Positions 33,729 through 46,125 of a stretch of 64,000 nt of DNA are shown here, piece after piece. The position numbers and the translations under genes were made by a program. This stretch comes from Planctomycetota bacterium (GTDB lineage: Bacteria; Planctomycetota; B15-G4; JADJEK01): positions 224,001 through 288,000 of the forward strand of contig JBGAIQ010000001.1 in the NCBI GenBank assembly GCA_044225365.1, read 5' to 3'. The stretch's first letter is position 1; each line of letters opens with the position of its first letter. Below the pieces are notes generated by a model. That model worked only from the letters and a program-made list of their open reading frames with translations. It had not been told where the DNA came from and ran no database searches.

Positions 33729-34943
33729 TCAGACGTTCTGGAGCTGGAGCAACGGTAGGAGGATCGAGATGACGATGAAGGCCACGACGCCCGCCATCCC
33801 GAGGATCAGGATGGGTTCGAGGACGGCCGTCATCCGCTGAACTGCGAAATCGATCTCTTCGTCGTACGTCTCGGCCAACTTGTCGAGAATCTCTTCGAGT
33901 CGCCCGGACTGTTCGCCGACGGCCACCATGTAGCCCACGGCTGGCGGAAAGATCTTGCTGTTCTTGAGAGGGGTCGAGATGTCCGCGCCTTCCATGATTC
34001 TGTTATGAACGTCGTCGAGGACGCGCGCGATCACCGCGTTGTTCACGACGTTCTTCACGATCATCAGTGCTTCGAGCACCGGGACGCCGGACTTGAGCAG
34101 CGCGGCCAAAGTCGTTGCGAATCGCGAGATAGCCTGCTTGCTGAAGAGGTCGCCGAAGACGGGCAGCCGCAGCAGCACCTTGTCGATGGTGTAGCGGCCG
34201 TTGGGCGTCCGTTTGTACGCGCCGAGCGCCAGGATCCCCGCGAGGAGGCTCAGTCCGATGAGGATCCAGTAATCGGTGAGGAACCCGGACAACCCGATCA
34301 GGAGTTGGGTGGGGAGCGGCAATTCCTGATTGCGCGCCTGGATCATGCCGACGATCTTCGGCACGACGAAGATCATGAGCACGGAGACGACGATCGCGCC
34401 GACGCCGATCATGATGATCGGATACATGAGGGCCGCGCCGACCTTGTTGCGGACGCGATTCTGTTTCAGCAGATAATCGGCGAGTCGCTTCAAGACGGCG
34501 TCGACGTTGCCCGCCGCCTCGCCGGCCTTGATCATGTTGCAGTAGAGGTCGTCGAAGAAGCCGGGATGGTGGCCCATCGATTCCGCGAGCGAACCGCCAC
34601 CGCTGATCTTCTCGCGGATGTCGCGAAACACGGTCTCGAGATCGCGGTTCTGGATCTGCTCGGACAGCGCCTTCAGCGCCTCGGTCATCGCGATGCCGGA
34701 TTCCAGCAGCGTCGCGAACTGGCGCGTGACCATCGCGAGTTCGCTGGTCTTCTTCTTGCGCTTGATGAAACCGCCGACGGAGAAACGCGGCGCTTCGGTC
34801 GCCTGCTCGATCGTCGTCAGCTTTAGGACGTGGAATTTGTCGCGACGCAGTTTCTCGCGCGCTTCGCGCGGAGAGTCGGCGTCACAGATCCCGGTCTTGA
34901 CCTGCCCGGCTTCGTTGTAGGCCTTGTATTCGTAGACCGGCAT
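33729..34943 (-). CDS. gspF: Type II secretion inner membrane platform protein
   Basis: MPVYEYKA, TRQFATLLESG, AGEAAG, ALMYP, LPLPT, VGEQSG, LEP. Confidence 0.93.
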   Translation of the reverse strand: MPVYEYKAYNEAGQVKTGICDADSPREAREKLRRDKFHVLKLTTIEQATEAPRFSVGGFIKRKKKTSELAMVTRQFATLLESGIAMTEALKALSEQIQNRDLETVFRDIREKISGGGSLAESMGHHPGFFDDLYCNMIKAGEAAGNVDAVLKRLADYLLKQNRVRNKVGAALMYPIIMIGVGAIVVSVLMIFVVPKIVGMIQARNQELPLPTQLLIGLSGFLTDYWILIGLSLLAGILALGAYKRTPNGRYTIDKVLLRLPVFGDLFSKQAISRFATTLAALLKSGVPVLEALMIVKNVVNNAVIARVLDDVHNRIMEGADISTPLKNSKIFPPAVGYMVAVGEQSGRLEEILDKLAETYDEEIDFAVQRMTAVLEPILILGMAGVVAFIVISILLPLLQLQNV

Positions 34944-34975
34944 GCGTGCTCACTGAAGGGGCGGGGAAACGGGAA

Positions 34976-36726
<1,751 letters not shown>

Positions 36727-36730
<4 letters not shown>

Positions 36731-39027
36731 GGCTTGCTCTGCTCCTGCGGCGGATTCGTCGCCGGTGCGGGATTCACTTCGCCGTAGCCGCTCTCATCCG
36801 GCTTGACGGCGGCAGGCTTCTTCGCATTCTGCTCGCCGGCTTGCGGACTCGCGTAGGACGGCATGTTGAAGACGCCCGAGACGGCGGCATCGAGGATTCG
36901 GGTGTCCGCGTTGTTGCGATCCCAGTCCTCGTCGACGAGGTAGATCTTGCCGTTCAGCGTCTCCATCTCCTTCTTCTTCTTGAAGGAGAGGTCGTCGAGG
37001 GTGGCGAAGTCGTCGCTCACGATGTGAGGCGTGAGGAAGACGTAGAGGTTCGTCCGCGCATCGGTGTCCTTGCCGTTGCGGAACAACCACCCGACGAGCG
37101 GGAAGTCGCCGAGCCAGGGCAGGCGATCCGAGTTGCTGCGCTGATCGTCGCGCACGATGCCGCCGATCACCATCGTGTGGCCGTCGGGCAGCGTGACCGC
37201 CGTGTCGAGTTCGCGCGTAGTGCGCGGCGGCGGATCCGTGTTGCCGCTGAGGAAGGCCGAGACCTCGAGTCGCAGACCGAGTCGCAGGTAGTTGCCCGCG
37301 CTGATCGACGGCGAGATATCGAGTTGGATACCGGCCTGGATGTATTCCTTGAACGAGGTCTGATCGGAGACCTGGCCCTGGCTGATCGTGAACGATGGAC
37401 GTTCATCGATCGTCTTGATCGTCGCCTTCTCGTTGTCGTTCACCAGCACGGACGGCATCGAGAGCACGTTCGCATCGGTGGTGGACTCGAGCGCATTGAT
37501 GATGATCGGGACCTGGAAGTCCTTGCCGCCGAAGATCCCGGCCGTGATGCCGGAGACGCCGTTGAATCCATCGCCGATCCCGATCGGGATGCGGCGGTCG
37601 GCAATGCCGTCGCCATTGGTGTCTTCGAGCGTCGATAGACCGAAGTTGCTGAGTCCGAATCCACCCGTGGCGATGCCCGTTCCGCCCTGATCGTCCTGCG
37701 AGACGTAGCCGAGTTCGACGCCGAGGGCATTGTCGAGCGTGCCGCTGATCTCGACGAGCGCGGTCTCGATGAGCACCTGGCGGCGGCGAACGTCGAGGCG
37801 CTTGATGACCTCGAGCACCTGCGCGTAGCGACTCTTGCTCGCCGAGATCACGAGGGAATTGCTGCCCTCGTCGGCGACCACGTTGACGGGCTGCTCGAGC
37901 GAACTGGAGCCGCTCGAACTCGACGCCGCCGCGCCGCCGGCCGTCGGACCGCTGCGCGATCCGCCCGAGCTGCCCGACTGATTGCTGTTCGACCAGTCGT
38001 TCAGGATGTCGGCGAGGTCCTTCGCCTTGCTGTTCTTCAGGCGATAGACGTGGGTGTCACCCCGAGGATCGACCTCGACGTCGAGCATCCGGATGTACTG
38101 CCCGATCTTCTCGAGGCTCTTCTCCGCTGCGATCACGTAGAGCGCGTTGGTGCGCGCGTCGGCTTCGACGTGCGGCGCCGGTTCCTGGAGAGCGGCGGGG
38201 AGATTGCTCTGCGCGGCGGCCTGCACCTGCCCGCGAGTTCCTGTCGCTTCACCGCGTTCGGCGGCGATGAGCTGATCGATGATCGGCTTGATCTCCTCCG
38301 CGACTCCCACCTTCAGCTCGAACTTGCCGAACTTCGGCTTGTACTCCGCGGGCTGGGTATCGAGCAGTTCGATCAGGCGCTGGATCTGGGCGAGCGTCTG
38401 TGCGAACCCGGTCATCACGAGCGTGTTGCTGTTGGTGACCGCGCGAACGCTCTCGAGCGCCGGATCTGTGAAGTATGCCTGAAGCGTGTTCGTCGCTTCC
38501 TGCGCGTTCACGTACTTCAGCGCGAACGAGGTCGTGAGAACGATGCCCGGGTCGTACTTGAACTGATCGAGTTCCGACGGCGACACGACCGGAGCCTGCG
38601 TCTTGATGTAACCGGGGCGCGCCGTCTGACCGCCGCTCGACTTGCGGATCGCGAAGTAGCCAGTGTCCGGACCTTCGAGTGCGCGGCCGGGTGCCGAGAT
38701 GTTGCCGTAGGGCACCACGACGAAGTCGTAGGACTTCAGCACGGCTTGGAAGAACGACCAGAAGTCTTCCTTCTTGATCTTCTTGCGACCCAGGAACTTC
38801 AGCTTCGTGTCCTTGGTGTCGGCACCCGCGTAGTTCAGCAGGAGTCCGGTTTGCAGTTCGCAGTACTTGATGAAGTCGTCGAGCGGCGTGCCGTCGACTT
38901 CGTCGAACTGGATGATGAGGCTGTCGCCCTCGGTGGAGACGTTCTGCGCGTAGCCGGGAGCGGCGAACGCGGAGCTGAGCGCGACGAGAAGCGATGCGCG
39001 GATGGAGAGACGACGCAGGTCCGACAT
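36727..39027 (-). CDS. gspD: Type II secretion secretin
   Basis: Signal peptide, N-domain repeats (ADARTNAL, VADEGSNSL), LDVRRRQVLIE, LPWLGDFPLVGWLFR, VFLTPHIV. Confidence 0.92.
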
Positions 39028-39118
39028 CAGGACACCCCTCCCGAGGCGGTCGAAACGAGGAAGCAGTGGAAGTTCGCTCGAGCCAGATCCGCTGGCGACA
39101 TAGGCGACATGGTCGGAG

Positions 39119-39147
39119 ATCCTATTGGGGCCAGTGCTTCGGATCAA
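39119..39147 (-). promoter_or_regulatory. sigma70-type promoter of the gsp operon
   Basis: Minus strand TTGATC, 17-nt spacer, TAGGAT. Confidence 0.5.
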
Positions 39148-39342
39148 CGCGGAGAATCAAAGGGTCCGCGACTGTTTTCAAACGACGGAACGCGATCCCT
39201 GCTTGCCGGGAAATCTTCGGATTCATCACGCGTAATTGTGTGACCGCAGAACCCTTGCCCGGAAACGAGCGGCGCACTACGATGCCTCGCTTGTCCATGA
39301 TCCGCGGAACGAGTGTTCCGCGACAATCCAGTTGGAGACGGA

Positions 39343-39816
39343 ATGCGACTCTCGGAGCTGCTTCGGCGCGAAGCGGTGATGCTCGAGGTGACGGACCTCG
39401 ACAAATGGCAGGTGATCGAGCGTCTGACCGATCTGCTCGTCAGTTCGGGTCGCCTCGGTTCCGCCAAGCGTCAGGGCGTCCTCGACGCGCTGCTCGTTCG
39501 CGAGCGTTCGATGAGCACCGGCATGGAGAATGGAATCGCGATTCCGCACTGCTCGATGGAGGACATCGAGGACACCCTCGTGACTCTCGGTGTGTCTCGC
39601 AGCGGGATCGACTTCGAATCGATCGATGGACGTCCGACGCACTTGATTCTGTTGCTCGTTACGCCGAAGAACAAGACGAAGGTGCATATCCGAACGCTCG
39701 CAGAGATCGCCAAGTTGCTGAACGACGCTCGATTCCGCGACGATTTGGTCGCGGCGGCGACCAGCGACGAGGTGATCGAACTCGTGCGCCGGCGCGAGGC
39801 CGAAGAACGAATGTGA
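39343..39816 (+). CDS. Stand-alone PTS EIIA (Ntr/fructose type) protein
   Basis: RERSMSTGMENGIAIPH, GIDFESIDG.P, HIRTLAEIAKLL. Confidence 0.92.
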   Translation: MRLSELLRREAVMLEVTDLDKWQVIERLTDLLVSSGRLGSAKRQGVLDALLVRERSMSTGMENGIAIPHCSMEDIEDTLVTLGVSRSGIDFESIDGRPTHLILLLVTPKNKTKVHIRTLAEIAKLLNDARFRDDLVAAATSDEVIELVRRREAEERM

Positions 39817-39842
39817 CGGACGGCCCGATAGGGGCGTTCGTC

Positions 39843-39851
39843 TGGTATGAT
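39843..39851 (+). promoter_or_regulatory. Extended -10 promoter for rpsU
   Basis: TG-G-TATGAT about 60 nt before the start codon. Confidence 0.5.
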
Positions 39852-39910
39852 CCAAGCTGTTTCGCTTGCTCGAGTTTCCGAGCAGGCACCGATCCCGACG
39901 GAGGTACTAC

Positions 39911-40105
39911 TTGATTCGCGTCCAGGTCAAAGAAGGCGAGCCCCTCGAAAAGACGTTGCGCCGCTTGCGCAAGATCTGCAACAACGAGGGTGTCACGCGC
40001 GGTCTCAAGCGCACCAGCTACTACGAGAAGCCTTCCGAGAAGCGCCGCCGCCGTGAGCGCGAGCGCCTCAAGACGATTCGCCTCGCCATGCGCGCAATGT
40101 CCTGA
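39911..40105 (+). CDS. rpsU: 30S ribosomal protein bS21
   Basis: TTG start after GGAGGT; IRVQVKEGEPLEKTLRRLRK...YYEKPSEKRRR. Confidence 0.95.
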   Translation: MIRVQVKEGEPLEKTLRRLRKICNNEGVTRGLKRTSYYEKPSEKRRRRERERLKTIRLAMRAMS

Positions 40106-40148
40106 AGCCGCGCGGTACCGCACGATCCAAGGAGGTACTCCTCGTACC

Positions 40149-41276
40149 TCAGGATCGACGACGCGACGACGGAGCCTCGGCTTCGCCGTCGCGTGTGATT
40201 TCATCGGCGATTCGTTCGATGTGAGTGGCGATCTCGCTGGCCGCCGCGATGTACACCGAGTCGTCTCCGCCGAATGGATCGGACACGTCCTCTCCGCCGG
40301 GATCGATGTGGCGTACGAACTGCGTTCGCGGAACGAGACTTCGTAGGTCCTCTACGATCGAATCGGTCATCCCGTACACTCGATCCTGCGCGGCGAGCAG
40401 TTCACTCGATAGGGGCTTCGAGCGATGAGGACTCAAGTCGAGTCCCCGCGCCGCGACGGCGTGGCGCGCGCCGCGTGACGCCGGCATCCCGGGCGCGGCA
40501 TAGGCTCCAGCGGAGTCGACCACGAACCCCACGTCCGGCAAGCTCTCGGGTGTTACGTCGAGGCGCTCGGCGAGCGCGGCGCGCAGCAGTGCTGCAGCCA
40601 TCGGGCTGCGACACGTGTTCCCCGCGCAGACGAAGAGGATCCTCCGTACCGCGGCGCGCCGCAGGTCGTGCTCGCTCAAGAGGCCGGGGCGAATCACTTC
40701 GAACGTGCTTCGATCGGCGCGAACGATCGCCGGCGCTTCGCCGATTCGCGCGGGTCCCGTGTCGACGACCACCCCAGCGAATCGAGGAAACCGTTCGATC
40801 AACGCGCTCGCCGTCACGGCGTCGCGGAGGTCGGGCGTCGTGGCGTCGAGACTCCAAGGCTCGAAGAACAGAGCCTTCGATCTCACCGCGGCGAGGAACG
40901 AGCGCGTGATCGCAGCGCCTGGAACCCGCACCGCGACGCGCCGACTCAATGCGCTGCCGGCGGCGACGACGACGAGCGGGCCGGGCAGGTAGCGGTGAAC
41001 GAGTCGCGCCGCGGCCGGCGTCACGACCGGGAGTTCGGCGAGCGCGAGTTCCGGAGAGGCGAGTGCCGTGGCCTCGGCGCGAAAGCCCGCTGCGGAGAGT
41101 TCACGCTCGGTCGCTCGCGCGACGTCCGATTCGATGGCGAGTGCGAAGGCGTAGGCGCACTCCGTCGGCAATCCCACGATCTCACCTGCAGCGAAGGAAG
41201 CGAGCGCGGACTCGAGCGCCCGCTTCTCGTCGTTTGCATCACCCAACGCTTCGACTCGCTGCAACCGTGTGCTCAT
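40149..41276 (-). CDS. Fusion of a degenerate TsaC/Sua5-like domain and a low-molecular-weight (YwlE-like) protein phosphatase
   Basis: N-terminal GLPTECAY, LPGPL, AVRVP, VDTGP, IRPG; C-terminal ILFVCAGNTCRSPMA, SAG, DPFGG. Confidence 0.88.
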   Translation of the reverse strand: MSTRLQRVEALGDANDEKRALESALASFAAGEIVGLPTECAYAFALAIESDVARATERELSAAGFRAEATALASPELALAELPVVTPAAARLVHRYLPGPLVVVAAGSALSRRVAVRVPGAAITRSFLAAVRSKALFFEPWSLDATTPDLRDAVTASALIERFPRFAGVVVDTGPARIGEAPAIVRADRSTFEVIRPGLLSEHDLRRAAVRRILFVCAGNTCRSPMAAALLRAALAERLDVTPESLPDVGFVVDSAGAYAAPGMPASRGARHAVAARGLDLSPHRSKPLSSELLAAQDRVYGMTDSIVEDLRSLVPRTQFVRHIDPGGEDVSDPFGGDDSVYIAAASEIATHIERIADEITRDGEAEAPSSRRRS

Positions 41277-41323
41277 CACGGCACATTCTGACGGCGGAGC
41301 GGCGGATTTCCTATATTGCGCAC

Positions 41324-42037
41324 ATGACTGGACGCCGGACCTCGCAACGTCGGATGGCTTTCGTCGGCACCCTCGCGGGCGGACTCGCACACGAGATCCG
41401 CAATCCTTTGTCGACGATGAAGGTGAATCTCCAGATGCTGCGCGACGATCTCCACCGCGAGGGCGGCGTGGAGCGCGCGGCGCGGCGCGTCGATGTACTG
41501 GATCAGGCCGTTCGTCGGCTCGAGTCGATCGTCGAGGACTTTCTGAACTATGCGCGGGGATTCGAACTCGTGATCGAGCCGTCGGATCTCAATCGCGTGG
41601 TCGACGAGGTGGTCGTGTTCGTCGAGCCGGAGGCACGGCATCACGGTGTCTCGATCCGCACGGCCTATGGCGGAGACCTCGCCGCGATCCCGCTCGACAA
41701 GAAGTACGTGCAACAGGCGCTGCTCAATTTGCTCCTGAATGCGCGTCAGGCGATCGAGGGGGCGGGACAGCAGGGCGAGATCTTCATCACGACCGTCCGC
41801 GACGGGGAGCAAGCCCGCATCACGATCACGGACACCGGCCCGGGGATCCCGGCCGAGGTCCTGCCGCGGATCTTCGACGTCTACTTCTCGACGAAGAAGG
41901 GGGGCACGGGCCTCGGGCTACCGACCACGAAGCGCATCGTGGAAGAGCACGGCGGTGATCTCGTCGTCGCGACCGAGCCCGGCAAAGGCACGTCGTTCAC
42001 GATCACTCTCCCGGTGGGCGCCAAGTCGCGAAAGTGA
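41324..42037 (+). CDS. Histidine kinase core with no sensor domain
   Basis: LAHEIRNPL only ~20 aa from the start; NLLLNA, DTGPGI, FSTK, GTGLGL. Confidence 0.9.
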   Translation: MTGRRTSQRRMAFVGTLAGGLAHEIRNPLSTMKVNLQMLRDDLHREGGVERAARRVDVLDQAVRRLESIVEDFLNYARGFELVIEPSDLNRVVDEVVVFVEPEARHHGVSIRTAYGGDLAAIPLDKKYVQQALLNLLLNARQAIEGAGQQGEIFITTVRDGEQARITITDTGPGIPAEVLPRIFDVYFSTKKGGTGLGLPTTKRIVEEHGGDLVVATEPGKGTSFTITLPVGAKSRK

Positions 42038-42188
42038 TGCGCCAAATTGACACGTGCGCCGTGACGATTTCGCGCAGCGTGCCGCGCTCCTATTCGTCGA
42101 TTTCGTGCTAGTCGACTGTCCTGTAGTGAGTTGCAGGTGCGCCATTCCGTCGAGGTAGGGCCGTCTGGAATTGGTTCGCAGGTTGCAT
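42038..42188 (+). promoter_or_regulatory. Putative sigma54 promoter with upstream enhancer-like sites for dnaK
   Basis: TTGGTTCGCAGGTTGCA (GG-N10-GC) at 42171-42187; inverted 16-bp pair at 42038-53 and 42061-76. Confidence 0.55.
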
Positions 42189-42305
42189 GGCGCTCGGCAC
42201 CCAGGCGCGATCGGCTCCCTTCTCGGGAAGTCCAATCTCGATCGGACCGGCTCGCAGGGGCAACGAACCATCGCTTCGGATCGAGTGACGGAAGGACCCT
42301 GAATC

Positions 42306-44237
<1,932 letters not shown>

Positions 44238-44252
44238 CAGGAGTTCCGCGCC

Positions 44253-44345
44253 GCGAACGGAGGGGCGACCTTCCGTTCGCCGTATTGGCTCGCTCTTGCT
44301 TCGCCAAGGAACGGCGTGCGGCATCGCACGCCGTTTTCGTTTCCT
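44253..44345 (+). terminator. Tandem hairpins after dnaK; the second has a U-rich tail
   Basis: GCGAACGGAGGG-GCGA-CCTTCCGTTCGC (44253-80) and AACGGCGTGCG-GCAT-CGCACGCCGTT-TTCGTTT (from 44310). Confidence 0.65.
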
Positions 44346-44416
44346 GAGCGGTTTCCCTCGTTTCTTCGCCCCTCGGATGATACCTCGATCCGCGACGACC
44401 GCTATAACGGCGCGCC

Positions 44417-45382
44417 ATGATCGAGGTTGCAGGACTGGTCAAACGCTACGGTGAAGTGCTGGCGGTGAACGACATCTCGTTCCGCGTCGGCGAGGGCGAA
44501 GTCGTTGGTTTCCTCGGGCCGAACGGCGCGGGGAAATCCACGACGCTCAAGATCCTCACTTGTTATCTCCCCGCGACGCGCGGCACGGTTCGAGTCGCCG
44601 GCTTCGACGTGCTCTCGGATTCGCTCGCCGTACGCGAGCACCTCGGCTACTTGCCGGAGACGGTGCCGCTGTATCCGGACATGCGCGTCGAGGAGTTCCT
44701 GCGCTTTCGCGCACTGCTGAAGGGCGTGCGCCGGCGCGACGTGAAGAAGAAGGTCGACATCGCGCTCGAGCGATGCGGTTGCGTCGAGATGCGCCGGCGA
44801 ATGATCTTCGCTCTGTCGAAGGGATATCGGCAGCGCGTCGGCATCGCCGACGCCATCGTGCACGATCCGCCCATCCTCGTGCTCGACGAGCCCACTTCGG
44901 GCCTCGATCCGAATCAGCGCATCGAAGTCCGCAAGCTGATCACCGAGCTGGGCCGCGACAAGACCGTGATCCTCTCGAGTCACATCCTCGCCGAGGTCGA
45001 AGCGGTCGCGCAGCGCGTGATCATCATCCACCGCGGACGCATCGCCGCGGATGGAACTCCCGAAGCGCTGACGAAGCAGTTCTCGCAGGAAGCGGCGCTG
45101 CGCGTCGAGGTTCGCGGTGATCGAGCCAGCGTCGAGCGCGCGATCACGAGTGTGCCCGGTGTCCTCGTCCGGGGTTGCGAGCCGCGTGCCGATGGAGTGT
45201 TCGTCCTCGAACTCGGGTTGCCAGGTGGCGCCGACGTGCGGGAGGCGATTGCGGCTGCGCTCGCGACCGGCGGATTCGGGATTCGCGAGATGCATCAACC
45301 CGTGGCGAGCCTCGAGGCGATCTTCCGCAGGCTGACCCTGGGTGCAACGGCCGAATCGACGGCGGCGGAGCACGCGGCATGA
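44417..45382 (+). CDS. ABC transporter ATP-binding protein (GldA-like)
   Basis: GPNGAGKST, LSKGYRQRVGIA, LDEPTSGLDP, SSH. Confidence 0.93.
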   Translation: MIEVAGLVKRYGEVLAVNDISFRVGEGEVVGFLGPNGAGKSTTLKILTCYLPATRGTVRVAGFDVLSDSLAVREHLGYLPETVPLYPDMRVEEFLRFRALLKGVRRRDVKKKVDIALERCGCVEMRRRMIFALSKGYRQRVGIADAIVHDPPILVLDEPTSGLDPNQRIEVRKLITELGRDKTVILSSHILAEVEAVAQRVIIIHRGRIAADGTPEALTKQFSQEAALRVEVRGDRASVERAITSVPGVLVRGCEPRADGVFVLELGLPGGADVREAIAAALATGGFGIREMHQPVASLEAIFRRLTLGATAESTAAEHAA

Positions 45383-46125
45383 GGTGGCTGCGAACCTATA
45401 CCGTCCTGCTCGGTCGCGAGGTGGAGTCCTACTTCCTCGCGCCGCTCATGTATCTCGTGCTCGCTGTCTTTCTCGTCCTCAATGGCATCGCGTTCTACTA
45501 CAGCGTGGTCGACTCGATCGGCAACGTGAATCAGACCGTGCGCAGCTTCCTCGGCGGATCGATCCTGTTCTGGATCAACATCCTCGTGATCCCGCCCTTG
45601 CTCACGATGCGGTTGCTCGCCGAGGAGAAGCGAACCGGTTCGATCGAAGGTTTGATGACGGCGCCGGTCACCGACGTCGCGGTGATCCTCGCGAAGTTCA
45701 GCGGCGCGCTGTTGTTCTACGTCGCCCTCTGGCTGCCGTCCGCGATCTACCTGATCATGATGAAGTCGTTCGGCGCGCTGCCCGATCCCGGAGTGCTCGC
45801 GACGAGCTACCTCGGCGTGCTTCTGCTCGGCGCACTGCTCATCGCGATGGGCGTGCTCGCTTCCGCCATCTCACCGAACCAGGTGGTCGCAGCGATCCTT
45901 GGGATCGTCGGCAATCTGATGTTGTTCTTCGTCCCACTCTTCTCGCTGCAGATGAGCCCTGGCAGGCTGCGAGCATCGCTCGAGCAGATCTCGATCCTCT
46001 TCCACTTCCAGAATTCGTTCGGCAAGGGCGTGCTCGATTCGGGCGTGCTCTCGGTGTACGTCGCCGGATCCGCTCTCTTCTTGTTCTTCGCCGTACGGGT
46101 CATCGAATCGCGGAGGTGGTCGTGA
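45379..46125 (+). CDS. ABC transporter permease (GldF-like)
   Basis: PLLTMRLLAEEKRTGSIEGLMTAP, ILAKF, NQVVAA; about 6 TM segments. Confidence 0.9.
   Translation: MRWLRTYTVLLGREVESYFLAPLMYLVLAVFLVLNGIAFYYSVVDSIGNVNQTVRSFLGGSILFWINILVIPPLLTMRLLAEEKRTGSIEGLMTAPVTDVAVILAKFSGALLFYVALWLPSAIYLIMMKSFGALPDPGVLATSYLGVLLLGALLIAMGVLASAISPNQVVAAILGIVGNLMLFFVPLFSLQMSPGRLRASLEQISILFHFQNSFGKGVLDSGVLSVYVAGSALFLFFAVRVIESRRWS

Noticed and set aside
39226-39243. Imperfect palindrome TCACGCGTAATTGTGTGA in the gspD/EIIA divergent region
   Set aside because: Weak symmetry and the wrong arrangement for CRP/FNR sites; cannot be assigned.
42038-42305. CIRCE element or sigma70 promoter at the TTGACA near 42047
   Set aside because: No TTAGCACTC-N9-GAGTGCTAA, and no -10 hexamer at 16-18 nt from the TTGACA.
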